From: a bacterium
GTDB lineage: Bacteria > UBA8248
Direction of reading: 5' to 3'
Length of the DNA: 64,000 nucleotides
NCBI GenBank assembly: GCA_965221165.1
Contig: CBDCRP010000003.1
Coordinates: 1,472,001 to 1,536,000 of the forward strand
Part shown: positions 27,718 through 38,450 of the stretch, piece after piece
Position numbering within the stretch: the first letter of the stretch is position 1
Layout of the letters: each line of letters begins with the position of its first letter
The notes under the pieces: generated by a model
Databases searched by the model: none
Told to the model about the DNA's origin: nothing
Seen by the model: the letters and a program-made list of their open reading frames with translations, nothing else
Translations under genes and position numbers: made by a program

Positions 27718-30006
27718 TCAGCGGCGTCGCCCGCGCCTGGGCGCAGGCTTTCCCCTCTTTTTACGCCGGGGCGTCGGGGACTTCTCCTTCCGGGGACGGC
27801 GCATACCCGTGAGCCCGGCCATGCGGCGTGCGGCGGGCGCATCGCCGGCCACCTCCCGCGTGCCGCCCGCCTGTAGCTGAAACGTAACGCGCCGCGCCGA
27901 CAAATCCACGCCTTCCACCCGCACGGTGACGGGATCCCCCAGGCGAAACCGCCGGCCCGTCCTGCGGCCCAGAACCGCGTGTTCCTCGGGAATGAAGCGG
28001 TAGTAGTCATCCGTCATGAATTCGAGCGGCGCCATGCCCTCCACGAAAATATCCTCCAACTCCACGAAAATCCCGAAATTCGCGACGCCCGAGACGTGGC
28101 CGCGAAAGCGCTCGCCCACCTTATCGCGCATGAAGAGCGCCTTCATGAAATCCACCATCTCGCGCGAGGCGGCTTCCGCCGTCCGGTCTTTCTCGGAAAT
28201 ATCATGGCAAAGGGCGGCGAGCGGCTTCGCCTGCGGTTTGCGCTTATCGCCGCGCATGAGCCTCTGGAGCCTCCTGTGAACGCACAGGTCCGCGTACCGG
28301 CGGATGGGCGAGGTGAAGTGCGTGTAGTGCTCGAAACCAAGGCCGAAGTGGAGAGCGGGAGCGGCCTCATAGCGCGCGAGTTTCATGCTTCTGAGCGCGG
28401 CGAAATTCACGTAGCGCTCCACGTCGGAATCCCGCACGGCGTCGAATACCTCCTGAAACCCTCCGGGGCGCTTCAACTCTCCCAGGCGGGGGGCCTTGAG
28501 ACCCAGCTTTGCGAGAATCGCCCTTACGCCCTCCAGGTTCTCCTCCGCCGGCGGCTCATGGACGCGGAAGACAGAAGCGCCTCCCGCCTGGCCAAGATAT
28601 TCCGCCACCGCCCGGTTCGCCGCCAGCATGCATTCTTCGATCAGCCTGTGGGCCGAGGTTCTCGGCGCGCGCTCGATACGCGCGGGCATTCCCTCCGGGT
28701 CGAGCAGTACCCGGGCTTCGGGCAGATCGAAATCGAGACTGCCCCGGCGCATCCGCACCGCGTGGAGCGTATCCGCAAGTGAGGATAATTCCCTGAGCGG
28801 TTCCTCCAATGCGCGAGCGCTTTCGGCCTCGTCTTTTTCAGGAATTTCAGCGCCCTCCAGAACGGCCGCCACGCCGCGATAGGTCAAGGAGGCGCGCGAG
28901 CGAACCCGCGCGAAGGTGAGCCGCATACCCGTCTGATTCCCGTATCGGTCGAAATCGATGAAGACGCTCAAGGTGCGGCGCACCGCCCCCTCGCCCAGAG
29001 AACACACCTCGCCCGTGAGGCGGGGCGGCAGCATGGGCACCGCCCGATCCGGCAAATACACGCTCGTCCCCCGCGCGCGGGCTTCGGTATCGATCGCGCC
29101 GCCCGGCTTCACGTAATGGCCCACGTCGGCGATGTGCACGCCGAGGCGGCGGCCACTTTTCAGCTTTTCAATCGAAACCGCGTCGTCGCGGTCCCGTGCG
29201 TCGAACGGATCGATGCTGAACGCGCACAGGCCCCTCAAATCCTCCACCCCTTCGGGGAAGGGAGTATCCTCCCCCGGCGGAGATATCCTCGCCTCCTCAT
29301 CCAGAATTTTTTGGGGGAAATCCTCGCGTATTCCGTGCTTGGCGAGCACCATCCGCCCCTCGGCGGCGGGGTCTTCGGGATAGCCGAACGACCTCAGGAT
29401 GCGCCCCTTGGCGGGCTCTCTCCGGGTCGGATACCGGCTTATCTCGACCTCCACCCATTCGCCGCGCCTGGCCCCTTCCCTTCCTCCCGCGCCCAGCACC
29501 ACGAGATGCGGTATGCGATCTTCCTGGGGCTCCACCCACGCGCTCCCGCCCTCGACGCAGAGCCTGCCCACCAGGGTTTCGTGCGCGCGCTCCATCACGT
29601 CGAGCACGCTGCCCTCGCGCCTCCCGTCGGGCTGGACTTTCTCCACCCTGGCGGAAACCAGGTCGCCGTGCATCGCGCCGCGCGTGCGCGTTTTCTTGAT
29701 CATGATGTCGAGGGGTTTTTCCTCATTCTCCGTCTGCTTCGGCACGACGAACCCGTAGCCTTGTCCGTGCCCCCGGAAGATTCCCTGATAAATGGAGAGA
29801 GAACCCGGCGTCGAATAGCGTCCGCGAACGCGGGTGAGAGCGCCTTCTTCCGCCATGGCGCGCAGGCGCTTCCTGAACGGAGGCCGCGCGGCGGCGGAGA
29901 CTCCGAGCAGGCGCACGAGTTCGCGCACGGGCATGGGCCTGCCCTCTTTGGCGAGGAGGCCGCGTATTTTCTTATCGTCTGGAATTGCGTCCGGTTTTCG
30001 CCTCAC
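27718..30006 (-). CDS. rnr: Ribonuclease R
   Basis: GYGFV, IDPFDARDRDDA, HIADV, GTSVY, YTHFTSPIRRYADL, S1 domain, basic tail. Confidence 0.95.
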   Translation of the reverse strand: MRRKPDAIPDDKKIRGLLAKEGRPMPVRELVRLLGVSAAARPPFRKRLRAMAEEGALTRVRGRYSTPGSLSIYQGIFRGHGQGYGFVVPKQTENEEKPLDIMIKKTRTRGAMHGDLVSARVEKVQPDGRREGSVLDVMERAHETLVGRLCVEGGSAWVEPQEDRIPHLVVLGAGGREGARRGEWVEVEISRYPTRREPAKGRILRSFGYPEDPAAEGRMVLAKHGIREDFPQKILDEEARISPPGEDTPFPEGVEDLRGLCAFSIDPFDARDRDDAVSIEKLKSGRRLGVHIADVGHYVKPGGAIDTEARARGTSVYLPDRAVPMLPPRLTGEVCSLGEGAVRRTLSVFIDFDRYGNQTGMRLTFARVRSRASLTYRGVAAVLEGAEIPEKDEAESARALEEPLRELSSLADTLHAVRMRRGSLDFDLPEARVLLDPEGMPARIERAPRTSAHRLIEECMLAANRAVAEYLGQAGGASVFRVHEPPAEENLEGVRAILAKLGLKAPRLGELKRPGGFQEVFDAVRDSDVERYVNFAALRSMKLARYEAAPALHFGLGFEHYTHFTSPIRRYADLCVHRRLQRLMRGDKRKPQAKPLAALCHDISEKDRTAEAASREMVDFMKALFMRDKVGERFRGHVSGVANFGIFVELEDIFVEGMAPLEFMTDDYYRFIPEEHAVLGRRTGRRFRLGDPVTVRVEGVDLSARRVTFQLQAGGTREVAGDAPAARRMAGLTGMRRPRKEKSPTPRRKKRGKPAPRRGRRR

Positions 30007-30018
30007 GAAGGATTCAAC

Positions 30019-30684
30019 TCATCCCACTTCCCGGGCAAACACCTGGTGACAGTCCACGATCTCGTTATCGGCGAGCTGCACGCAGGTCAGACACCCGCCG
30101 CTTACGGCGCGCGTGTCTATGCCCAAGTAATACGGAAGTTCGTTTCTCATCTCCCAGCCCGGGGTGTGCCCGAAGACGACGGGTTTGCCGAAATCATGTT
30201 GCGCATCGAGAAATTCCTCCCGTATCCAGACCAGATCCATCGGGTCCTGCTCCTCGATGGGAACGCCCGGCCTCAAGCCCGCGTGAACGAAGATGAATCC
30301 ACGGGCTTCATGGACCCACTGAAGCCCATCGAAAAATTCCTGGTGTGCGGGTGGGAGCCGAACCTCGCCCATCCCATCGGGATCATAGCTCTCAAGGGTC
30401 GCCCCGCCGCCGTTCATGAGGTAGACGCCCGGATAATAGTTCCCGCCCCCATCCAGATAATCCAAAAGCATGTCCTCGTGATTGCCCCGCAAAAACACGG
30501 TCTTGGGGTATTCGCGCCTGAAACCGAGCAGGAACTCGACCACGGCCTTCGAATCCCGCCCCCGATCGATGGAATCGCCGAGAAAAACGATTTCATCATC
30601 CTCCTTGAAGGGCACGCGCTCCACCAGGGCTTCGAGCATGTGAATCTGGCCATGAATATCGCCGACCGCGTAGAGATTGGACAT
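30019..30684 (-). CDS. Metallophosphoesterase (PPP-like Ser/Thr phosphatase family)
   Basis: GDIHG, GDSIDRG, RGNHE, FVHAG, FGHTP. Confidence 0.9.
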   Translation of the reverse strand: MSNLYAVGDIHGQIHMLEALVERVPFKEDDEIVFLGDSIDRGRDSKAVVEFLLGFRREYPKTVFLRGNHEDMLLDYLDGGGNYYPGVYLMNGGGATLESYDPDGMGEVRLPPAHQEFFDGLQWVHEARGFIFVHAGLRPGVPIEEQDPMDLVWIREEFLDAQHDFGKPVVFGHTPGWEMRNELPYYLGIDTRAVSGGCLTCVQLADNEIVDCHQVFAREVG

Positions 30685-30913
30685 TCCGAACAAGGGCCTC
30701 CCGGGTATTTCAACCATCACGGACAGTGCGGGCGGATGAGAACGACGCGCCCGATTCTATGGCGCGCGCGAGCGAGTGCGCAAGGCGCGGGGGTGATCTC
30801 GATGCGCGGATCGCCGAAATGGGGAGAAAACGCAGGCCCGGAAATGGTTGCAATTCCCGATTCGTATGCGGAGAGATTCGTATGAAGAAAGATTCCTGCG
30901 ACGAAAGCCCCGG

Positions 30914-33646
30914 CTACTTCAACTCGCCCCAGTTCTCGCCCGTGCTCACGTCCACCTCGAGCGGAACGCGCAGGTCCATCGCGCCCCGCATCTCCTCCTC
31001 GACCAGGGCGGCCACGCCTTCGATCTCTCGGGGCGGTATCTCGAACAAGAGCTCATCGTGCACCTGCACGAGCATGCGCGCTTCTCTCTCTTCTCTCGTG
31101 AGGCGCGCGGCGATGGCTATCATCGCGATCTTGATGACGTCGGCCGCGCTGCCCTGGATGACGGAATTCACCGCCGTTCGCTCGGCGGCGTTTTTCGCGT
31201 TGCGGTTTCTGCTGTTCAGATCGGGCAGATACCTGCGCCGCCCCATGATGGTGGAGACATAGCCGCTCGCGCGCCCTTTCTCGATGGTCGCATCCACGAA
31301 GGCGGGCACGGAGGCGAAGCGCTCGAAATAGGTGTCGATGAACGAGCGCGCCTCGGACTGGGCGATGCCGATGGTCTGGGAAAGGCCGAAGGCCCCCTGC
31401 CCGTAGATGATGCCGAAATTCACCGCCTTGGCGACGCGGCGCATCTCGGAGTCCACCGCGTCGAGCGCCACGCCGTAGACGGCCGAGGCGGTCGTGGCGT
31501 GAATGTCCTCCCCCTTGCCGAAAGCATCGACGAGGGCCGGGTCGTTCGTGAAATGCGCCAGCACCCTCAGTTCGATCTGGCTGTAATCCGCAGAGAGGAG
31601 CTTCCACCCGTCCTCGGGCAGGAAGGCCCGGCGTATCTCGCGGCCCAAATCCGTGCGGATGGGGATGTTCTGCAAATTGGGGTCCGAACCGCTGAGCCGC
31701 CCCGTGGCGGCGACCGTCTGGTTGAAGCGCGCGTGGATGCGGCCCGTCTGCGGGTTCACAAGTTCGGGCAGGGTATCGACATAGGTGCTCTTGAGTTTTG
31801 AAAGCTGTCTGAAACTCAGAATCTCCTGGGGAAGGGGGTGCCGGGGCGCGAGTCTCTCCAGCGTGTCGATGTCGGTGGAAGGCCCCGTTTTCGTTCTCTT
31901 GATTACCGGGAGGTTCAGCTTTTCGAACAGGATGACGCGCAACTGCTGGGTGGAGTTGATGTTGAACTCCGCACCCGCCAGCGCGTGGATATCGCTGCGC
32001 ATTTGCTCGAGACGCGCTTCCAGTTCCTTGCCCATGTTCCGTAAAAATTCCCGATCCAGCCGGATACCCGCGCGCTCCATATCGAGCAGGACGCGCAAGA
32101 GCGGAATTTCCAGTTCCCCGAAAAGATTCATCAGCCCGTCGTTTTCAAGTTGCGGGGCCATCTTCTCGGCAAGGCGGTACGTGATATCCGCATCCTGGCA
32201 GGCGTAGGGGGCCGCCGCCTCGATAGGCACGTGGGAGAAGAGAATCTCCTTGGCGCCCTTGCCGCAAAGGTCGGCGTATTTGATCGTCGTTACCCCGAAA
32301 TACTCTTGCGCCAGATGGTCCATCCCGTGGCTCCTGCGGCTTGAAAGCAGGAGGTAGGAGGCGAGCATGGTGTCGAACAAGGGGCCGCGAACCTCGCGGC
32401 CGGCCTCTTTGAGCACCGCGATGTCGTATTTGACGTTCTGGCCGATTTTTTCGTTTTCAGGCGATTCCAGGAGCGGAGAGACCTCGGCGAGCACGTCTTC
32501 GAGCGCAAGCTGGGGGCCTGAATCCATCGTTTCATGCCCCACGGGGACGTAGAACGCGCGCCCCGCACGGGCGGAGAAGCTAAGGCCCACGATTCGCGCC
32601 TGCATGGGGTCGAGCGAGGTGGTCTCCAAATCAAACGCGAAGCGCCCCGCTTTTTCGAGTTCTGCCAGCATCGACTTTAGTTCCTCCAAGGTGCGGATGA
32701 CGTGGTAGTCGCGCTCCTCCTCCCCGGCCGGGGAGGTCGCCTCCTCGGGCGCGGCTTCTTCCGCCTTGGATTCGCCGTATCCGGGGAGTTGTTCGATGAC
32801 GTTCTTGAATTCGAGTTCATCGACGAAGAGTTTCCTGCCCGCCTCGATGTCGGCGTCGCCCAGGCGGCAGGATTCCAGGTCTCCCTCGAGCACGAGGTCG
32901 CGCTTGATGGTGCAAAGCGTGCGCGAGAGTTTGGCCAACTCCGCGTTTTCCTCGATGTTCCGGCGCTGCTTGGGGCGTTTTATCTGATCGGTGGATGCGA
33001 GCACCGCATCCAGTCCGCCGAACTCCTGAATCAGGGCGACGGCGGTTTTCTCCCCGATGCCCGGCACGCCCGGAATGTTGTCCGTCGAATCCCCCATGAG
33101 CGCCTGGACCTCCACGAATTTTTCGGGCGGCACGCCCCATTTGGCCTCGATTTCCGCAGGCCCCATCTCCTCGTCCTTCATCGGGTCCCAGATGCGCACG
33201 TTCTCGGTGACAAGCTGGGCGAAATCCTTGTCGGCCGTCACCAGCACGACGTCGTAGCCCTCCGCTTCGGCGCGGGCGGCCAGCGTGCCGACGATGTCGT
33301 CGGCCTCGGCCCCCGCATGGACGAGAAGCGGAACGCGCAACACCTCGATGACGCGGTGCATGTAGGGTATCTGCTCGACCAGGTCTTCCGGCGCGGCGTC
33401 GCGGTTCGCCTTGTAGGCGGGGTAGATGTCGTGGCGAAAGGTGGGTTCCGGCCTGTCGAAGGCGACGGCGACGTATTCGGGCGCGCGGTCGCGAATCACC
33501 TTCAAGAGCATGCGGGCGAAGGCCAGGGTGGCGCCCGTGGGCACGCCCTTCGAGTTCGAGAGCCGCTGGCGCATCATGCCGTAATAGGCTCTGAACATGT
33601 AGCCCGAGCCGTCGATGAGATAGATTTGTTTTTTGTCTTCCGTCAT
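30914..33646 (-). CDS. polA: DNA polymerase I
   Basis: LIDG, GDSTDNIPGVPGIGEKTA, FDLETT, TGRLS..PNLQNIP, DYSQIELR, QVHDEL. Confidence 0.98.
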   Translation of the reverse strand: MTEDKKQIYLIDGSGYMFRAYYGMMRQRLSNSKGVPTGATLAFARMLLKVIRDRAPEYVAVAFDRPEPTFRHDIYPAYKANRDAAPEDLVEQIPYMHRVIEVLRVPLLVHAGAEADDIVGTLAARAEAEGYDVVLVTADKDFAQLVTENVRIWDPMKDEEMGPAEIEAKWGVPPEKFVEVQALMGDSTDNIPGVPGIGEKTAVALIQEFGGLDAVLASTDQIKRPKQRRNIEENAELAKLSRTLCTIKRDLVLEGDLESCRLGDADIEAGRKLFVDELEFKNVIEQLPGYGESKAEEAAPEEATSPAGEEERDYHVIRTLEELKSMLAELEKAGRFAFDLETTSLDPMQARIVGLSFSARAGRAFYVPVGHETMDSGPQLALEDVLAEVSPLLESPENEKIGQNVKYDIAVLKEAGREVRGPLFDTMLASYLLLSSRRSHGMDHLAQEYFGVTTIKYADLCGKGAKEILFSHVPIEAAAPYACQDADITYRLAEKMAPQLENDGLMNLFGELEIPLLRVLLDMERAGIRLDREFLRNMGKELEARLEQMRSDIHALAGAEFNINSTQQLRVILFEKLNLPVIKRTKTGPSTDIDTLERLAPRHPLPQEILSFRQLSKLKSTYVDTLPELVNPQTGRIHARFNQTVAATGRLSGSDPNLQNIPIRTDLGREIRRAFLPEDGWKLLSADYSQIELRVLAHFTNDPALVDAFGKGEDIHATTASAVYGVALDAVDSEMRRVAKAVNFGIIYGQGAFGLSQTIGIAQSEARSFIDTYFERFASVPAFVDATIEKGRASGYVSTIMGRRRYLPDLNSRNRNAKNAAERTAVNSVIQGSAADVIKIAMIAIAARLTREEREARMLVQVHDELLFEIPPREIEGVAALVEEEMRGAMDLRVPLEVDVSTGENWGELK

Positions 33647-33849
33647 GTCTGATCACGTCAAGAAGGAAACGGGGTGATCCCAAGTTTGCACGGGAACCAT
33701 TTTCCCGCAACTTCGGCCCGCGATTTCAATCACCGCTTCGGCTCTTTTATACAACGCCTCGTAAGAATTGTAATCTCGCGTATCGTATCGCCCCCGCCGC
33801 TCCATTTTCCTTTGAGTGTCCGCCTCGACCGAGGAGGCAGGAATTGATA

Positions 33850-34115
33850 CCGGAATGACGTTTCACGGACGACACCAGCCCGTAGGGGAGAACCTACGCG
33901 TTCTCCCGCTTTCGCTGGAATGACGGTCGTGTAAAGACGGGCGGACACACACGAGCTTCCCCTTTTCGGGAAATCCCGACGCCCGGGCCGCATGTATGCG
34001 GCCCCTACAGTCGGCAGGCTCCTCCTCTTTGGTCGGAACAATCCCTCCCGCATTGGTCGGGATTGACCACACCTCCCGATTCGCCGTCGTGGGACAGGCG
34101 CCGTGGCGTGTCGGA
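33850..34115. repeat. REP-like palindrome cluster (GTAG and CGTC types)
   Basis: GTAGGGGAGAAC..GTTCTCCC (33882-33907), GGAATGACG ends, GGGCCGCATGTATGCGGCCCCTAC (33985-34008). Confidence 0.6.
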
Positions 34116-34182
34116 ATCACACCGCGGGCCGATGCGCCGGGACCATCCCAAATGGGTGAAAAAAAACTAAAAAAAGGGAAAT

Positions 34183-34214
34183 ATATCTGAAAATATCTGA
34201 AAATAAGTGAAAAT
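34183..34214. promoter_or_regulatory. Three 10-bp tandem repeats in the AT-rich polA/arsM divergent region
   Basis: ATATCTGAAA ATATCTGAAA ATAAGTGAAA; function inferred. Confidence 0.4.
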
Positions 34215-34371
34215 TTATCCTTTTGATATATATGGAGTTATGTGGTATTTTCCCCTTTCGGGCGCTATAGGGGGGCTCCGCTTTCCCTCTTTCCCGCGTC
34301 CTTGCTATCCTGTCCGTGTTCGGGGCGTTTGTTCCCGAGGTCATACAGCCATACACAAGGAGTTCTCACCC

Positions 34372-35127
34372 ATGTCTCCAGGATGCCCAGACAATGAGGG
34401 AGAGATAAAAAGCGCCGTTCGCGATCTGTATGCGAAAGTCGCTACGGGGGAGGTTTCCTGCTGCGGGGACGCAATCTCCGAGATGCCCACGGGTGCTGCG
34501 AACGTCGAAACCATCGGTTACGCGAAAGAGGCCGTGGAGCAGCTTCCGGGTGACGTCTTGAGCGCCAACGCGGGATGCGGGAATCCCATTGCGGACGCGC
34601 ATCCCAAACCGGGCGAGACGGTGCTGGATTTGGGCTCGGGCGCAGGGCTGGACTGTTTTCTCGCGGCGAAGGAGGTGGGCCCCCGGGGGAGCGTCATCGG
34701 CCTGGACATGACGGACGCCATGCTGGAAAAAGCGGAGAAAAACAGGCGAAGCCTGGGCGTTCACAACGTGTCGTTTAGAAAGGGCGAGATGGAGAACATG
34801 CCCCTTCAAGACGGCGCGGTCGACATCATCATCAGCAACTGCGTCATCAACCTCTCGCCGGACAAAGCGTCCGTGTTCCGGGAATCTTTTCGCGTGCTGC
34901 GTCCGGGCGGGCGCTTCGTGGTTTCAGACGTCATCCAGGTGGCCGAACCCTCCGGGGACGCCTCTTCCATCGAGGATTGGTGCGCGTGCATCGCGGGCGC
35001 CATCCGAGACGATGAATATGTGACCCAATTGCGGGAAGCCGGTTTCGTCGACGTGGAAATCATAGGCCGTAAGCCCTACGTCTCGCCGGAACTGGTGAGT
35101 GCGACCATCCGGGCCGTCAAGCCCTGA
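34372..35127 (+). CDS. arsM: Arsenite methyltransferase
   Basis: SCCG, GCGNP, VLDLGSGAGLDCF, SNCVINLSPDK, WCACIAGA; AAGGAG SD. Confidence 0.88.
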   Translation: MSPGCPDNEGEIKSAVRDLYAKVATGEVSCCGDAISEMPTGAANVETIGYAKEAVEQLPGDVLSANAGCGNPIADAHPKPGETVLDLGSGAGLDCFLAAKEVGPRGSVIGLDMTDAMLEKAEKNRRSLGVHNVSFRKGEMENMPLQDGAVDIIISNCVINLSPDKASVFRESFRVLRPGGRFVVSDVIQVAEPSGDASSIEDWCACIAGAIRDDEYVTQLREAGFVDVEIIGRKPYVSPELVSATIRAVKP

Positions 35128-35238
35128 AAGGTGAAGCGGTTTTCGATTCTGGAACATGGTCAATGCCTTGCGAAGCTCGATGGAAGCGCCAGAATGGGCG
35201 CGATCTCTCTCTCATTACCCTAAACAGACCCACAGCAC

Positions 35239-35316
35239 CGTCATTCCGGCGGATGCCGGAATCCAGGCGGACGAGAAATTCATCTGCTCCGGATTCCCGC
35301 TTTCGCGGGAATGACG
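35239..35316. repeat. CGTC-type REP doublet with dRS3-like ATTCCC-N8-GGGAAT core
   Basis: CGTCATTCCGGCGGATGCCGGAATCC ... GGATTCCCGCTTTCGCGGGAATGACG in inverted orientation. Confidence 0.7.
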
Positions 35317-35426
35317 AACAAAAACCGCAGCTCTTCCCTCCACGGGCGGGACTGAGATCATTGACACCCCTCGTTCGCGGGTGCTAACAATCCGGTTTGA
35401 CCTTTCCCATCACGGAGACGAGAAGA

Positions 35427-36410
35427 ATGCACATCGACGCTCACTGCCACATATACCCGGATGAATACTTTGAAATTCTGGAGAAAGAGGGCCCGCGCTA
35501 CGGCGTGAAGCTCATCACCAACGCGCAAGGCGAGCGCGTCGTGGACATCAAGGGCATGATGCACCCGCCCATCGAGCCTTTCACCAACGTGGATTTAAGA
35601 CTCCAGACCATGGCAGAGATGAAGCTGGACATGAACATTCTGTCCTTCTCATCGAACCCGGGCGTCTACTGGGCCGATGACGGCCTTGCCGAGGAACTCT
35701 GCCAGGCGGCGAACGACGCCTACGCCGACATTATCGAGAAACATCCGACCAAATTTCATGGCCTGGCCTCCCTGCCCGCGCAGAACATCCCCCTCTCGGT
35801 GAAGGAACTCGATCGCTCCGTGGGCAAACTGGGACTCAAGGGCGGGTTCCTGAGCACGAACGTGAACGGCCGGTATCTCGATGATGAGAGTTTCTACCCC
35901 CTCTACGAGGCGGCCGCGGGCATGAACGTACCCATCATCGTTCATCCGGCCAACCCGGCGGGCAAAGACCAGATGAAGGAATACCACCTGTTCAATCTGG
36001 TCGGGTTCCCCACGGAGAGCGCGAACAGCATAGGCCGCCTGATTTTCTCAGGCCTTTTCGACAGGCTGCCGGACCTCACCTTCATCTTCTTACACGGCGG
36101 GGGAACAGTTCCCTACCTCATCGGACGTTTCGGCCACGGCTGGAAGGTGCGACCCGAGTGCGAAAAAATATCGCGCCCGCCACTCGAATATCTCCGCTCG
36201 AACTTTTATCTGGACATGCTGGTGTTTCATCCGCCCGTCGTCCGCTTCCTGGTGGACACGATGGGTAGCGAGAGGGTCGTGCTGGGCACGGACCTACCCT
36301 ATGACATGACGGACACCGAGGCGGTCGATACGCTCGAAAAATCAGGGCTGAGCCAGGAGGAATACGAGAACGTCTCGCACAAGAACATCCAGTCCCTGTT
36401 GAACCTGTAA
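35427..36410 (+). CDS. Amidohydrolase_2 family (ACMSD-like decarboxylase/hydratase)
   Basis: IDAHCH, IVHP, HGGG..PY..GR, GTDLPY. Confidence 0.88.
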   Translation: MHIDAHCHIYPDEYFEILEKEGPRYGVKLITNAQGERVVDIKGMMHPPIEPFTNVDLRLQTMAEMKLDMNILSFSSNPGVYWADDGLAEELCQAANDAYADIIEKHPTKFHGLASLPAQNIPLSVKELDRSVGKLGLKGGFLSTNVNGRYLDDESFYPLYEAAAGMNVPIIVHPANPAGKDQMKEYHLFNLVGFPTESANSIGRLIFSGLFDRLPDLTFIFLHGGGTVPYLIGRFGHGWKVRPECEKISRPPLEYLRSNFYLDMLVFHPPVVRFLVDTMGSERVVLGTDLPYDMTDTEAVDTLEKSGLSQEEYENVSHKNIQSLLNL

Positions 36411-36429
36411 GCGGACGTCATCGAAACCC

Positions 36430-37173
36430 ATGTGGCCATCCTGGGATATCACGTTTCTCATTTTCGCCGCGGCTTTCCTCGAAGGAGCCGCGGGATTCGA
36501 TTTCGGCCTGATGGCGACCCCGGCGCTGGCCTCCCTCATCGGGGTGCGCGATTCCGTGCTCACCCTCTCTTTGCCGAATCTCATCCTGATGGCGATTCGC
36601 GCGATCGGAGGCGGCGTGCCCGCCCCATCGCTCAGACGCCTCATGCCCTTCCTGGGCGCCGGAGCCGCCGGAGCCGCCGTGGGCGCCTTGATCCTCATCT
36701 CCAGTCCGCCCACGTTCCTCAAATGGTCGGTTGGCGTGGTCGTCTTGTTGTTCGCCGCCTACAGCATCTCGCGCCAGAGAATACAACTCGATATGCGCGA
36801 TGAGACCTTTTTCACCTACCTGGCGGGGTTTTTCGCAGGCGGCCTGAGTGGTTTCTCCTACTCGGGCGGACCCGTTAGCATCATGTATCTCGACAGCACG
36901 GGCGCAGGCCGCGCCCGGATGATGCGGCTCATGTACACGAGCGCGCTCGTGTTCGCGAGCGTTCAGGTGGCCATACTGAGCGGCTCAGGCACCCTGAGAG
37001 CCTTTGAATCCGCGCGCTCGGCCGTAGCAATTCTGCCCGCGCTCGCCGGATTTTTACTGGGAAGGCTGCTGCGCGGACGCCTCTCGCCCGCTCTGGGCTT
37101 CACGATTGGTCTGGGGCTGATGATAGCCGCAGCACTTTCTCTTTTGATTTTCGGGCCTTCGGGGTGGGAGTGA
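36430..37173 (+). CDS. TauE/SafE (sulfite exporter) family membrane protein
   Basis: GAAGFDFGL..P, GGP motif, about 8 TM segments. Confidence 0.75.
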   Translation: MWPSWDITFLIFAAAFLEGAAGFDFGLMATPALASLIGVRDSVLTLSLPNLILMAIRAIGGGVPAPSLRRLMPFLGAGAAGAAVGALILISSPPTFLKWSVGVVVLLFAAYSISRQRIQLDMRDETFFTYLAGFFAGGLSGFSYSGGPVSIMYLDSTGAGRARMMRLMYTSALVFASVQVAILSGSGTLRAFESARSAVAILPALAGFLLGRLLRGRLSPALGFTIGLGLMIAAALSLLIFGPSGWE

Positions 37174-37238
37174 ATCTCGGGTCGACGCTCTCTAAAAGCC
37201 TAGGTAAACCTGCTGAACGCTTGAGGGCGGGGAAACGT

Positions 37239-38201
37239 CTACACCACGCCTGCGCGCAGGAGTTGGTGTAAGTGCAATACGCCCGCCAAGCGTTTATCCG
37301 CACCTGCGGTAACCGCCAGGGACGTGATGGCGCTCGTCTCCATCAACTGAATCGCCGCGGCGGCCATCTCGTCTTCATCAATCGTCTTGGGCGCAAGCGT
37401 CATCAAATCCTCGGCCTTGAGATTGGGCAATTCCTCGGTATTCTCCAGCGCGCGCCTCAAGTCCCCGTCCGTGATGACGCCGCACAGTTCCTGCTCAGAA
37501 CCCATCACGCACGTCATCCCCAGCCTCTTGGCGCTCATTTCACGCACGACACGCGCCAAGGGAGCCGCCGCCTCCACCTGCGGGATGTCATCGCCCACGG
37601 CCATCAGTTCCTTCACGCGAATGAGCTTCTTCCCCAAAGAACCTCCGGGATGGAACCGCGCGAAATCCTCCGGCCGAAACCCCCTCGCTTCCAGAACGGC
37701 CATCGCAAGCGCATCGCCCATGGCCAAGGCGGCGGTGCTGCTCGCCGTGGGGGCGAGTTGAATCGGGCAGGCTTCTTCTTTCACAAAAATGTTCAACACG
37801 GCTTGCGCCGCGCGCCAGAGCGTTGAATTCTCGGTGCCGCTAATGGCGATGAGCGGCGTGCCCAGGCGGGCGAAGACGGGCAGGATGCGCACCACCTCAT
37901 CCGTCTCGCCGCTGTAGGAAAGCGCGACGACGACGTCGTCTTTCGTCACCATGCCCAAGTCTCCGTGAGCGCCCTCGGCGGGGTGGAGAAAATAGGAGGG
38001 CGTACCCGTGCTCGCGAGGGTGGCGGAAATCTTCTGGCCGATCAGACCGCTTTTCCCCATGCCGGTAACGGCGACCCTGCCCTTACACCCGAGAACGATA
38101 TCGACCGCCTTGATGAATTCCTCATCCAGACGCTCGATGAGTCCCGAAAGCGCCTCGGCTTCAATCTGAAGGGTCCGCACGCCCCTCTCGACGGGATTCA
38201 T
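37239..38201 (-). CDS. kdsD: Arabinose-5-phosphate isomerase KpsF/GutQ family
   Basis: GMGKSG, STGTP, HGDLG, APTASS, FHPGGSLG, CBS pair. Confidence 0.93.
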   Translation of the reverse strand: MNPVERGVRTLQIEAEALSGLIERLDEEFIKAVDIVLGCKGRVAVTGMGKSGLIGQKISATLASTGTPSYFLHPAEGAHGDLGMVTKDDVVVALSYSGETDEVVRILPVFARLGTPLIAISGTENSTLWRAAQAVLNIFVKEEACPIQLAPTASSTAALAMGDALAMAVLEARGFRPEDFARFHPGGSLGKKLIRVKELMAVGDDIPQVEAAAPLARVVREMSAKRLGMTCVMGSEQELCGVITDGDLRRALENTEELPNLKAEDLMTLAPKTIDEDEMAAAAIQLMETSAITSLAVTAGADKRLAGVLHLHQLLRAGVV

Positions 38202-38450
38202 GGAAGATACTGTTTTTTGAGACTTCAGAACCCACCCTCCTCGGAAATGTCTGGCGGAAAAATATCACCTCCGCACCAGAGTGTCCACGCAAGGCTTTTC
38301 AGGGGCGGGCTTGCTCCCGATAACACGCGTCTTTACTCCCACCGCCCCCCATGCTAGAAATTATAGTCAGAACGCATCATGAAAACGAACGTCTTTCGGT
38401 TGGATGGAGCAGACGCACCACCGCACGAGGATTGCAGGAGTTTTCGAGTC

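Noticed and set aside
29116-30885. Long antisense/shadow ORFs (e.g. 589 aa here; also 13387-14889, 50899-52521, 39726-40988)
   Set aside because: Opposite well-conserved genes in high-GC DNA, with no recognisable motifs
34150-34260. Replication origin
   Set aside because: AT-rich but no TTATCCACA DnaA-box cluster and no dnaA/gidA context
34372-35127. Selenocysteine-containing ArsM
   Set aside because: All conserved positions are Cys; no in-frame UGA
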